From an uncultured Candidatus Saccharibacteria bacterium (lineage in GTDB: Bacteria; Patescibacteriota; Minisyncoccia; Phycocordibacterales; Phycocordibacteraceae), in contig CAZSKX010000004.1 in the NCBI GenBank assembly GCA_964607655.1, positions 1 through 56,488 of the forward strand: a DNA stretch of 56,488 bases, read 5' to 3'. The notes below the pieces were generated by a model, which saw only the letters and a program-made list of their open reading frames with translations, was not told the origin of the DNA and did not search any database. The position numbers and the translations under genes were made by a program. Position 1 is the first letter of the stretch. Every line of letters begins with the position of its first letter. Below, piece by piece: positions 27,865 to 37,042 of the stretch.

Positions 27865-28815
27865 TCATTCCTTCGATTCTCCAGAATTCTCGGGGATTTC
27901 GTACGACTCCTTAATTGTGTGTTGCTGGAGCTTGTGTCTCCGGCGAGCCCGGGCAAGCTTCACCACGCGGGCCACATCACGCGAGAACGCGAGTTCCCCA
28001 TGGTATCGATTTCGAGCTGTATCATCGAGCTCGCGCTCTGCTTCTGCGTGAGCCACGGCGAGCGCAGCTGCTTCCGCAACTTTCTTCTCCTCTGCCTCTC
28101 TGGCGGCAGCTTCTTCCGCTCTCTGTTCCTCCTCTTTCTCCTTTTCCTGTGCCGCGCGCTCGGCAGCTTCCTCCTCCTCGGTGATCCGAGCCTCCTCTTC
28201 GGCTGTTGCAGCTTCTTCCTCGGCTGCAGCCGCTGCCTCAGCGACAGCCTGCGCTTCGGTGAGAGCCGCAAACCGAGCCTGCTGGTCGCGGATAAGCTGG
28301 GCCTGTTGCGCAGCTCTCCACTCCTGAAGACGTTTTTTATCGTGATGTATCTGGACGCGATACATATGGAAAGTGCGGAAGGTAAGGGCAGGAAGAGACC
28401 CAATGAAGGGCAACTCCATAATCCCTAGGGTAACGACAAGTTTAAAGAGTGCCGAGGCATTTTCTTTAAAAATACGGGGATTATTTAACATCAAAAAGAG
28501 CCAGACTGTCATCCACCCCGTAAGTCCAAGAAACATGGCAACAAAAGTGCCGAAAGAAAATAATGCCGGACTCAGAAAGTATCCCGCTCCAGCGGCAGCA
28601 GAGGCGCACAGGGCGCCCGTAACCTCTGAACCGAGCAAGTCACCCACGGCGCCCGCCTCAGAGAGGCAGGCGGCGGCGGCCACGACCGGGCCAAGTAGCC
28701 AAAACAAACTAAAAAAACCTCTTGCGACGTCAAACAACACGCAAACCAATAAGATGGGCGTTGCGCGCGGCCACGTCATCCCCTTAGGGGGGCTACTGCT
28801 TGCTCTCGGTATCAT
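27865..28815 (-). CDS. Polytopic membrane protein with a Glu/Ala-rich coiled-coil tail (VirB6-like role possible)
   Basis: About four hydrophobic helices in the first 150 aa, then about 110 aa of EEEAAxAEEE-type low complexity. The start is uncertain (28815 or 28779). Confidence 0.55.
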   Translation of the reverse strand: MIPRASSSPPKGMTWPRATPILLVCVLFDVARGFFSLFWLLGPVVAAAACLSEAGAVGDLLGSEVTGALCASAAAGAGYFLSPALFSFGTFVAMFLGLTGWMTVWLFLMLNNPRIFKENASALFKLVVTLGIMELPFIGSLPALTFRTFHMYRVQIHHDKKRLQEWRAAQQAQLIRDQQARFAALTEAQAVAEAAAAAEEEAATAEEEARITEEEEAAERAAQEKEKEEEQRAEEAAAREAEEKKVAEAAALAVAHAEAERELDDTARNRYHGELAFSRDVARVVKLARARRRHKLQQHTIKESYEIPENSGESKE

Positions 28816-30622
28816 GGCGGTCCTTCGCAGCCTTGATGGCGATCAGCTGTGAAGGATCAGAAGTGATGATCTGGTCCTCGGTATAGCTTGCTACAACCTT
28901 GATCGCGACGTGTTTGAGGCCAGCAAAGAAGAGCCCCTCCCCCACCCCAGCTTCAAGCAGGAGATATTTTTCTTCGTCGGTGAGGCTAAACGTTTCTTGA
29001 AGCACGTTGATTGTGGTTGGCGACTGCTTGAGCAAGAGCTGCATCGACGAGTTTGTCAGAATGGGTCGGCCATACGGGCTCTTCAAGAAGTCCTCAACGT
29101 CTTGCGTGATGGTGCAGACGCCAAGATAGTACTTACGACCTCGCTTCGCGAGCGAGTAGAGGAAGGATGCGGTGTCTTCGCTCTTCATCATCCACCACGC
29201 CTCATCGATAATAAGAAGGCGCTTGCGAATATCTCGACGCACCGCATTCCAGATGTAGTGCGTTACGATATACATCGCTACCGGCTTGAGCTCGTCTTCC
29301 ATATCACGGACCGAGAAGACTACGAACTGCTGCTTGATGTCGATGTTCGTTGCCTGGTTTAGGAAGCCCGCCCAGGTACCACGGGTATACTTCGAAAGGC
29401 GTTCGACGAGCGACTCGCTTCCCTCCATGCCGATGAGTACCTGCTCGAAGTCAGAGAGTAGTGGCGGTTCGGCACCTGTGAAGTCAGAGTCGCCCGTGAT
29501 GTCTTTAAGTGCGTAGGTCTCGCTGATGGCGCGGTCGACCAGGGCGTCCTCTTCTGGAGTGAGTCCTCCAGCCATGATGCGGAAGAGGCCCACGAGGTTA
29601 ATGATGTTAGACCGCAGAATGTCGCGCGGATCCTCGTCCTCCTTAACTGGAGGAAGGTCAAACGGGTTGATGTGGTGTTCAGACGAAAGCGAGATGTGGA
29701 ATGATCGGCCGCCAGTGGCCTCCACGAGCTGGTCATACTCGCGCTCAGGGTCGATCACGATCACGTCAGTACCAAACATGAGCGAGCGCAGAATCTCAAG
29801 CTTGGTGGTGTAACTCTTACCAGAACCCGACTTGGCAAAGATTACGGAGTTATAGTTCTCGAGCGAGTAGCGATCAAAGATGATGAGTGAGGAGTTGTGG
29901 CGGTTGATGCCATAGAGGATGCCTCGATCGCTCGTCAAGTCGAACGAAACGAATGGGAAAATTGAGGAGAGCGGCGAGGAGTTTAGTTTTGAGGTGACGA
30001 GGAGCTCGTCGGTACCGAGTGGTAGACAGGAGCGGAAGCCTTGTTCTTGCTGGAAGAGGGCCGGCTTAGTGTAGACGAGCTTTGAGTCGAGAATGCTGTG
30101 CACCGACCCTTCGATCTTGTCGATCTCCTCCTTCGAGTCGCCGTACACCGCTAAGTAGAGCCCCACATCGAACAACTTTTCCTGGGCTTGTTGGAGGCTG
30201 TCGCGTAGAGACTCAAGGTCTTGGTATGCGGTGTCGAGGAGTGGATCTCGCACCAGACCTTTCGCCTCGCGCTCGTTGATCTGGCTCTGGACCTCGGCCA
30301 CCTTCTTTTGGAAACCACGAAGCGCCACGTCGGTAGCAATCGGGTGGACAAAGATGGCGATATCCATGACCTTGTCGAGGTTGATGATCGGCGCAAACCA
30401 CCCGTCAGAAAGGAAGCGGGGATACGAGATGGTGTAAAAGCTGCGCACCAGCTTTTCACCGAGCTCGATCTCACGAGAGCCAATTTTGAGCGCTGTTGGG
30501 GCGATGACATCAACCAGGTTGAGTGGCTGCCCTATCGCAGCGTCTTTTGGTAGCACAGGAAGTACCGAGGTATCAATAGGTTTCGGACCCTGTTTTTTGT
30601 TAAAAAAGTCGAGGAGGGACAT
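28793..30622 (-). CDS. VirB4/TrbE/CagE-type T4SS ATPase
   Basis: Walker A IFAKSGSGKSYTTK, Walker B LLIIDEAWWMM and TITQDVEDF, with a VirB4-like N-domain (GWFAPIINL...DIAIFVHP). The ATG at 30622 lies 1 nt after the upstream stop. Confidence 0.85.
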   Translation of the reverse strand: MSLLDFFNKKQGPKPIDTSVLPVLPKDAAIGQPLNLVDVIAPTALKIGSREIELGEKLVRSFYTISYPRFLSDGWFAPIINLDKVMDIAIFVHPIATDVALRGFQKKVAEVQSQINEREAKGLVRDPLLDTAYQDLESLRDSLQQAQEKLFDVGLYLAVYGDSKEEIDKIEGSVHSILDSKLVYTKPALFQQEQGFRSCLPLGTDELLVTSKLNSSPLSSIFPFVSFDLTSDRGILYGINRHNSSLIIFDRYSLENYNSVIFAKSGSGKSYTTKLEILRSLMFGTDVIVIDPEREYDQLVEATGGRSFHISLSSEHHINPFDLPPVKEDEDPRDILRSNIINLVGLFRIMAGGLTPEEDALVDRAISETYALKDITGDSDFTGAEPPLLSDFEQVLIGMEGSESLVERLSKYTRGTWAGFLNQATNIDIKQQFVVFSVRDMEDELKPVAMYIVTHYIWNAVRRDIRKRLLIIDEAWWMMKSEDTASFLYSLAKRGRKYYLGVCTITQDVEDFLKSPYGRPILTNSSMQLLLKQSPTTINVLQETFSLTDEEKYLLLEAGVGEGLFFAGLKHVAIKVVASYTEDQIITSDPSQLIAIKAAKDRHDTESKQ

Positions 30623-30623
30623 A

Positions 30624-31253
30624 TTATTTATCAAGACGGATCGGATTCTCAAGCTCGCCGGGGTTGAAGGATCGGTAGAAGAGCTCGATCACCTCCTCAG
30701 TTCCGAGAGAGGCGGCCCGTACACCAGTGCCGGCAAGCCCGTCGGCAATGAGAGTCATGCGTTGCTGAAGTTGAATCTTGCTCTCCTCGAAAACATTCTC
30801 AGTAGCTGCCTTGCTGCTCGTGGTGAGACCAATAAAATTCGTTGCGGTGGAGGTAGAGACCTTGGGCGAATAAGGCACCACAACATAAAACGATTTAGTC
30901 ATGATGTTTGTTTGTTCGGTAAATGAGCTGATAAACGCAACATATTCACGCAACTGGATTTTCATGAGGTCGGTTTTTTGATCGGCGGCCTTGGTCTCAA
31001 GCAGCGCCAAATAGGGGCGGAGATCCATACGGCGTGAATTCACGATGATTTGCATAGAAAAATCGAGCGTGTTGAGAAAGTTCTGGAAGCCGAGCGTGAT
31101 GGCCCGTTGCTCGTCAATACTCTTCAGGCCAAAGTTGATCGAAGAGCAGATCAGAATTCCCCGATAGCTCCCGTCCTTAAGAAGGACAATGCCATCACGG
31201 ATGTCTTTTACCGGGACGAAGTCTTGCGTTGCGCCAGAGGGTTTAGTTGCCAT
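30624..31253 (-). CDS. Stand-alone protein resembling the N-terminal domain of Gram-positive VirB4 homologs
   Basis: QDFVPVKDIRDGIVLLKDGSYRGILICSSINFGLKSIDEQ... matches the N-terminal pattern of PrgJ/Orf16-type VirB4 proteins. No P-loop is present. Confidence 0.55.
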   Translation of the reverse strand: MATKPSGATQDFVPVKDIRDGIVLLKDGSYRGILICSSINFGLKSIDEQRAITLGFQNFLNTLDFSMQIIVNSRRMDLRPYLALLETKAADQKTDLMKIQLREYVAFISSFTEQTNIMTKSFYVVVPYSPKVSTSTATNFIGLTTSSKAATENVFEESKIQLQQRMTLIADGLAGTGVRAASLGTEEVIELFYRSFNPGELENPIRLDK

Positions 31254-31734
31254 GGTCGGATGGAGTAAGAACGATTGAGCCGTGCAGTATTTCCGGGCTG
31301 CGCTTCTCTTCACCCTGGGGCACATCGAGTGAAGACGCGAGCTCGCTCAGTCTTCCTCTGGTGAGCCGTGGTATGGCAGCCTGGGCAACTGCTGCCTCGG
31401 CCTCTGCGGCGGCTTTCTTCGCAGCCGCAGCTGCGGAGGTCGCCGTCTTATCGCTTTTGTGCTGCCAGAGGAAAAACTTGGCTCCGATGTAATAGTTAAA
31501 ACCAGCCTCAAGAACTTCAACGAAGGGTTTACCATTGATTTTATAGAACGAGAGTGCGCCGCCGAGGGCTATCGTCGGTATGCTCAACAGAACTCCAGGC
31601 AGAAGGGGGAGTTTGAAGAAAAAAACAATACACAAACCGATCGTGCCGGCGATATAGATAAACTGCTTCAGCGTAAGCGGTCCAACAATCTTATCTTCTA
31701 CTTCAATAAATTGAGGTACCTGATACTCCATCAC
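31243..31734 (-). CDS. PrgI-family (VirB3-like) membrane protein
   Basis: YQVPQFIEVEDKIVGPLTLKQFIYI followed by two TM helices, then an Ala-rich tail. Confidence 0.65.
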   Translation of the reverse strand: MMEYQVPQFIEVEDKIVGPLTLKQFIYIAGTIGLCIVFFFKLPLLPGVLLSIPTIALGGALSFYKINGKPFVEVLEAGFNYYIGAKFFLWQHKSDKTATSAAAAAKKAAAEAEAAVAQAAIPRLTRGRLSELASSLDVPQGEEKRSPEILHGSIVLTPSDHGN

Positions 31735-31790
31735 CTTCTAGTATACCCTATGAGATACGCAGGATAATGACAGCTCACCCGGTTGGTTGG

Positions 31791-32420
31791 TTATTGCCCG
31801 ATGATCAAGGTTGAAATGTTTAGGACAAGAATATAAAACGGTCTTGCCAAGAACGAGGAGAAAACAAAGAGGAATATAATAAGGGCAAATATACCCGACT
31901 GGCGCACCTGATCTTCAAACTGTTGTAGACGATAACCCGCACGCCAAGGAAGAAGGGCGCGAAGCGCAGTAAAACCGTCGAGCGGAGGGAACGGTATTAA
32001 GTTGAACAGGCCGAGGAAGAGGTTTGCAAAAGAAATAACTGAGGCAATAAGAAGGGCTGGCTCAGGAAGACCCGCCCCGTATCGCACAATGAGCCCGAAG
32101 ATAACGGCGAGGGCGATGTTTGTCGCGCTTCCGGCGAGGGCCACGGCAGCCTCGGCCCACCGACGATTGTGCAGGTTGTAGGGGTTATAAGGCACGGGTC
32201 TGGCCCAGCCGAAAAGGATGTTAGCAGGAGACAGAACTCCTAAAAGCGGCACAAGTATTGAACCAACTGGGTCAATGTGTGGAATTGGGTTTAACGTAAG
32301 GCGTCCAGCTAGGCGAGCTGTCGGGTCGCCAAGGGAGTTTGCCGCATAGCCGTGGGCGACTTCGTGGAGAATGATCGAGAGGATAAGGATGACAAGATAG
32401 GTCAGGTCGAGAGGGGTCAT
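31791..32420 (-). CDS. Site-2 protease family (M50) zinc metalloprotease
   Basis: HEVAHGY (HExxH) inside a TM helix. The protein is polytopic and has a later LDG motif. Confidence 0.8.
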   Translation of the reverse strand: MTPLDLTYLVILILSIILHEVAHGYAANSLGDPTARLAGRLTLNPIPHIDPVGSILVPLLGVLSPANILFGWARPVPYNPYNLHNRRWAEAAVALAGSATNIALAVIFGLIVRYGAGLPEPALLIASVISFANLFLGLFNLIPFPPLDGFTALRALLPWRAGYRLQQFEDQVRQSGIFALIIFLFVFSSFLARPFYILVLNISTLIIGQ

Positions 32421-32461
32421 AGGTTTGCGCGTTCGTGAACCTATGGTACCATGGCCGGATT

Positions 32462-32704
32462 ATGGCACGAGCTTGCGAAATAACCGGTAAATCAACGCAA
32501 ATTGGGGGTCGCTACTCCAACCGCGTTCGTGCTACCCAATTTAACCCAACCGGGAAGGTCCGCCGCAAGGCCAATCTCTCGCGCCGCCGCATCTACGTCG
32601 CAGAGCTCGGGAAGACGGTCATTGTCGACGTTTCGGTTAAGGGTCTGAAGACGATCAAGAAGAACGGCACCTATTCTACTCTCAAGAAGGCGGGAGTCAT
32701 ATAA
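32462..32704 (+). CDS. rpmB: 50S ribosomal protein L28
   Basis: MARACEITGKSTQIGGRYSNRVRATQ... Confidence 0.88.
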   Translation: MARACEITGKSTQIGGRYSNRVRATQFNPTGKVRRKANLSRRRIYVAELGKTVIVDVSVKGLKTIKKNGTYSTLKKAGVI

Positions 32705-32724
32705 TAAAAGGTGCGGAGAGTAGT

Positions 32725-32750
32725 AAAACGGGGCCGAAAGGCCCTGTTTT
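32725..32750 (+). terminator. Intrinsic terminator after rpmB
   Basis: AAAACGGGGCC-GAAA-GGCCCTGTTTT. Confidence 0.7.
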
Positions 32751-32765
32751 GCTATACTGGCGGGT

Positions 32766-33377
32766 ATGACCTACATCGCAAAAACCTTCAACCTCCCTGC
32801 CCTGCCGGGGATTTCAGACAAACAAGTCCAGGTGCACCTTGCCCTCTACGAAGGCTACGTCAAGCATGTAAACCTGATCATGGAGAAGCTGGGTGCGGTA
32901 CGAGCTGGGCAGCTCGAGCTCGATCCGTACATTGTGGCAGAGCTTCGTCGCCGATTTGCGTTTGAATTCGATGGGATGCGAATGCACGAGTATTACTTTG
33001 AACAGCTCGAAGGAGGAAGTGTTGCGCAAGCGGCCGAGAGCAAGTTCGTTCAAGCGGCCGCAGAAAAATATGGTAGCAGCGAGAATTTTGTCGCACACCT
33101 TAAAGAGGTTGCCGGAACCCGTGGCATTGGTTGGGTGGTGGTATATGCCGACCCTCGTACGCGTGGCGGCCTCCATACGGTTTTCGTTGCCGACCATGAA
33201 CTTGGGCAACTTGCAGGCCTCCCTATCGTGCTCGCCCTCGACCTCTGGGAGCATGCGTACATGGTCGACTATGTGCCGGCAGACAAAAAGAGCTACGTGG
33301 ACGCTTTTTTTGCCAATGCTAACTGGTCAGTTGTCGAGAAGCGTTTTGATGACGCGATAAAAACGAGTGCTGCATAG
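32766..33377 (+). CDS. Fe/Mn-family superoxide dismutase
   Basis: LPGISDKQVQVHLALYEGY... and DLWEHAYMVDY carry the metal ligand motifs. Confidence 0.85.
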   Translation: MTYIAKTFNLPALPGISDKQVQVHLALYEGYVKHVNLIMEKLGAVRAGQLELDPYIVAELRRRFAFEFDGMRMHEYYFEQLEGGSVAQAAESKFVQAAAEKYGSSENFVAHLKEVAGTRGIGWVVVYADPRTRGGLHTVFVADHELGQLAGLPIVLALDLWEHAYMVDYVPADKKSYVDAFFANANWSVVEKRFDDAIKTSAA

Positions 33378-34825
33378 GCAGCGACAACCCACAGAAACGA
33401 GAATGCAGGAATGATACGCGCGGCGCCAGGGAGCGCCGCGCTTTCAGTCGCAATAAAGATTATGTAGCGAGTGAGAAGATCAGCGGGTATTGAAAGAACC
33501 TCTCCTAGAAGCGTGAACGTTGAAGCGAAGATTGCGCCACTCACTCCAGCGAGCGCTGCAGCGGCCATCGCGAGCGGTGTTACAACAACGACAAGCAAGT
33601 TTGCTGGGAGCGCGACAAGCGAGAGATTTCCCGTGTTGTAGAGGAGGAGCGGAAGTACGCCCGTTTGTGCAGCTAACGTTGTCGCGACAGCTTGTAACCA
33701 AAAGAATTGCAGTTTGCTTGGCGCACCTCTACCCAAGCGTGTGCGTGCATGCAAGAGCGCGCTTTCGAATAATGGTGAGAGCCAGATGAGCCCCGCTGTC
33801 GCCGCAACAGAGAGACCAAAACCCGGATCGTAGAGAAGGTAGAGCGGATTCCAGATAAGCATGAGGAGTATTGCAACAAAGAGCGCGCGACTTGCCGCAT
33901 ATGTGCGGCCGGTTGCGCGTGCGTAGAGCGCGATGAGTGCCATGAGGGTTGCGCGTACGGCTGTTGCTGAGAATCCTGCAATGCCAACAAACAGGAGTAA
34001 AGCGCCTGCGCCTGCGACCGCGCGTACGCGTCGAGAAGTCGTCATAAGGGCAAGTAAGGCCATCATCCATTCGGCCACGACCATGACGTTGTAGCCGGAG
34101 AGTACGATGACGTGCACGAGACCGCTGGTGATAAAGGAGTCACGGAGCGCCTGACTTAATCCAGTACGACCCCCGATCACGATGCCGCCCGCGAGCGCCG
34201 CGCCTTCTTTGGGCAAGGTCTCCTCAAGTCCGTGCAAGAAGCTGTGTTTGATACGGGCGAGACTTGCCGGAAGTGAGTACCACGGGGCAGGCTCTATAAG
34301 TTGTAGTGCTGCGAAATTTAATAAAAAGCGGATACCATCTTTTTCTAAATATTTATCGTAGCGAAAGACGCGTCCACCGTCGGTGTCGAAAGGCTGTGGT
34401 CGGGTGAGAATGCCCGAGACGTAAATGCGATCCCCGACTCTCACGATCGGTGCCAGCTCGGCCACAGCGAGGATGGTAGTTGTCTCGCTGCCTCGCGTAA
34501 CCCGTATTGCCACACGTTGACTCTTCTCTCGCACATCAGGATCAGTGACGACGACGCCCGTGTAGGTGACACGCTGACGCACATCTTCGGCAAACGCTTT
34601 CGGTAAAGGAGACTCAGCGTAGTGCGCTCGAAGAATGCCGAGCACCACAAACGCGCAAAAGATTCCTGCGAGGCGGAACCATTTCCACCCTCTCCAGCGA
34701 TATGCGGCCGTAGCCGCACCGAAGAGGAGTAGAAAAATAAATGTCACTAATCCACCCGAAACGAAAAGCGAGCGGAGGAATACCCCGCTCGCAAATCCAG
34801 AAACCAGCGTAAGAAGGATATTCAT
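33293..34825 (-). CDS. comEC: ComEC/Rec2 DNA internalisation channel (no metallo-beta-lactamase domain)
   Basis: N-terminal TM plus an OB-like region, then a polytopic competence domain (SGLVHVIVLSGYNV). It ends at 510 aa with no HxHxDH motif. Confidence 0.82.
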   Translation of the reverse strand: MNILLTLVSGFASGVFLRSLFVSGGLVTFIFLLLFGAATAAYRWRGWKWFRLAGIFCAFVVLGILRAHYAESPLPKAFAEDVRQRVTYTGVVVTDPDVREKSQRVAIRVTRGSETTTILAVAELAPIVRVGDRIYVSGILTRPQPFDTDGGRVFRYDKYLEKDGIRFLLNFAALQLIEPAPWYSLPASLARIKHSFLHGLEETLPKEGAALAGGIVIGGRTGLSQALRDSFITSGLVHVIVLSGYNVMVVAEWMMALLALMTTSRRVRAVAGAGALLLFVGIAGFSATAVRATLMALIALYARATGRTYAASRALFVAILLMLIWNPLYLLYDPGFGLSVAATAGLIWLSPLFESALLHARTRLGRGAPSKLQFFWLQAVATTLAAQTGVLPLLLYNTGNLSLVALPANLLVVVVTPLAMAAAALAGVSGAIFASTFTLLGEVLSIPADLLTRYIIFIATESAALPGAARIIPAFSFLWVVAAYAALVFIASSKRFSTTDQLALAKKAST

Positions 34826-35259
34826 GCGCCGCGGTCCATCGCCTCGTTGGCGAGCGCGTCAGCGTCAGCGTTCTGCGCGCGTGGAACATGCATAAACTGC
34901 ACGCGGCCAAAGGGTGCGAGTGCCGTACCGAGACGCAGGAACTGTTCTTTTAACACAGGGTGTTTCACCTTATATTCTTTTTTTACTTGTTTGACTACGA
35001 GCTCGCTGTCCATCTTCACGTCGACGGAGACACTCCCCCACTGCTCCTGAGGCACAATTTTTTGTAACGTTTGAAATGCAAGAATCACCGATTCGTACTC
35101 GGCGTAATTATTGGTGCGTATACCTAAGAACTGTGAGACGGTCGCCACAAGGCCACCACTCTCGTCACGGATCACTGCGCCAGAGCCCGCGGGCCCAGGA
35201 TTGCCGCGAGAGCCGCCGTCGCCATGGATTGTGAAATGCATGCGGAGAGTATACCGCAC
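34822..35259 (-). CDS. rnhA: Ribonuclease HI
   Basis: IHGDGGSRGNPGPAGSG...NNYAEYESV...NADADALAN. The start may be 35241. Confidence 0.85.
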   Translation of the reverse strand: MRYTLRMHFTIHGDGGSRGNPGPAGSGAVIRDESGGLVATVSQFLGIRTNNYAEYESVILAFQTLQKIVPQEQWGSVSVDVKMDSELVVKQVKKEYKVKHPVLKEQFLRLGTALAPFGRVQFMHVPRAQNADADALANEAMDRGA

Positions 35260-35274
35260 CAGGCGTAGAACGTT

Positions 35275-36996
35275 TTACACGGCTTTGAGCTTAAGTAGGC
35301 GAAGCCGTACCGGCTGACCGCGAGAAAACAGATCGCGCTCGAGGTGGGCCAATAGGTTGACGTGTGCACCAGAAGGAAGTGCAAGTGCGGTGTGCGCGAG
35401 CGAGCCTTTAGCAAAGAAGACTATGGCGTCGATATTTTTTTCACCACCTGCGATTGTTAGTTTCAGATGCTCAGAACCTTTGCCAAATTGAGACACGGCC
35501 TGTACGACAGCGTCACGGACGAAAAATATCGGCTTAGGATTTTCCATGCCGAAGGGTGCGAGTTTCTCAAGGTGCTTTAGAAGGGTAAGGTCGATCTCTT
35601 CTGGAGTGATCACAGCGTCAGCGTGCTCAGAAAAATCATCGAGTACGTTCTGCTTCGCGACCACCTGCGCGTGAGCGTGGGCGAGTCGGTCTTCGAGATC
35701 GAATACCGCAGTTTCGCGGACAGTGAAACCTCCCGCAGCGGCGTGACCTCCAAACTCTACAAAGGTATCGACCGCCGTCTGCATGAGCTCGAGAGCGTGC
35801 ACGCCAGCACTTCGCACCGAGCCTTTGGTGCTTCCGTTCCCTTCTCTTCCCCAGAGGAAGACAGGTCGATCGTATTCTTCTGCGATCCCATTGGCTACGA
35901 GTCCGAGTAGTGCCGGCCGCCACGAGGGATCACCGAGTGCGATGACGCTCTGCAGCTCAGATCGTGCTTTGAGTCGTTCGTGTACCGCGCGAGTGATCGC
36001 GCCGGCCTCGGCCTTACGCTTTCGATTCGCGGCTTCGAGTTTCTTCGCGAGGGTGTCCGCGAGATCCTCATCAGAGGTGGTGAGTAAATGAAACGCGTCG
36101 AACGCGTCACCCATACGACTCGCAGCATTCACCCGCGGGGCGATCATGAAGCCGACATCGTCTTCAGAAATGAATCGCTGGTTCACACGCGTAACACGAC
36201 AGAGCTTCTGAAGCCCTAGTCGCGGCGACTTACGCATCACGAGAAGTCCGTAGGTCGCGAGTACGCGATTTTCACCAGTGAGTGGAACCATGTCAGCGAT
36301 GGTGGCGAGGCCGACCATGTCGAGCAACCACTTCTCCCATCCTCCTCCGACGCGTTCGCGAAGTTCGGGCGACACATCGAGCGTGGCGCACACGAGCTTC
36401 CATGCGACGCCGCTTCCACAGAGACTTTTAAATGGATACGGCTCGTCGGCACGTGCGTTTGGGTTCACAACGGCGTATGCGTCAGGGAGACCCTCTGCCG
36501 AGGGCAAGTGATGGTCAGTAACGATGACATCAACCCCGAGCTCTTTTGCTCGCGCGACAGCTTCGAGATCTGTGATCCCAGAGTCGACGGTGACGATGAG
36601 TGTGGCGCCTTGCTTGGCGAGCTTTTCGATACCTGCGACGTTTACCCCGTATCCCTCGAGGTGGCGATGTGGAATATAGTTTTCAAAATTTGCACCAGCC
36701 TTTTTTAAAAAATCGTGCAGTAACACTGCGCCCGGGACCCCGTCGCAATCGTAGTCGCTCCACACAACAATTTTTTCCTTATCAATAATTGCCCGTGCGA
36801 ACCGTTCAGCCGCCTTCGGCATATCCGTCATCAAGAGCGGGTCGTGGAGGTGGAGGTCATACGAAGGATTCAAAAATGCATCAGCGCCTTCGGCGCTCGT
36901 CACCCCACGGCGATGCAGTAGGGCTGATATAAGATCATCGTATTCACGTAAGGCTTCACGGACCTCGTCACCCAGCGATTCGTGAAGCGGAAACAT
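35275..36996 (-). CDS. recJ: Single-stranded-DNA-specific exonuclease RecJ
   Basis: DHH motifs (DYDCDGV, VTDHH) and DHHA1 GGHAAAGG. Confidence 0.92.
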   Translation of the reverse strand: MFPLHESLGDEVREALREYDDLISALLHRRGVTSAEGADAFLNPSYDLHLHDPLLMTDMPKAAERFARAIIDKEKIVVWSDYDCDGVPGAVLLHDFLKKAGANFENYIPHRHLEGYGVNVAGIEKLAKQGATLIVTVDSGITDLEAVARAKELGVDVIVTDHHLPSAEGLPDAYAVVNPNARADEPYPFKSLCGSGVAWKLVCATLDVSPELRERVGGGWEKWLLDMVGLATIADMVPLTGENRVLATYGLLVMRKSPRLGLQKLCRVTRVNQRFISEDDVGFMIAPRVNAASRMGDAFDAFHLLTTSDEDLADTLAKKLEAANRKRKAEAGAITRAVHERLKARSELQSVIALGDPSWRPALLGLVANGIAEEYDRPVFLWGREGNGSTKGSVRSAGVHALELMQTAVDTFVEFGGHAAAGGFTVRETAVFDLEDRLAHAHAQVVAKQNVLDDFSEHADAVITPEEIDLTLLKHLEKLAPFGMENPKPIFFVRDAVVQAVSQFGKGSEHLKLTIAGGEKNIDAIVFFAKGSLAHTALALPSGAHVNLLAHLERDLFSRGQPVRLRLLKLKAV

Positions 36997-37042
36997 CGTC
37001 CCGTGATTGTATCAAATGCCCAGTAAGGTATGCTTGTTTTAT

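Noticed and set aside
27742-28428. 228-aa plus-strand ORF, and possible tandem-repeat or CRISPR-like periodicity at 28040-28260
   Set aside because: The ORF is antisense to the membrane/coiled-coil gene. The periodicity is codon-level GAG/GCN low complexity encoding Glu/Ala. It shows no repeat-spacer architecture.
33480-34910. Several 70-113-aa ORFs nested in or antisense to comEC
   Set aside because: They overlap a continuous polytopic ComEC reading frame and have no independent signals.
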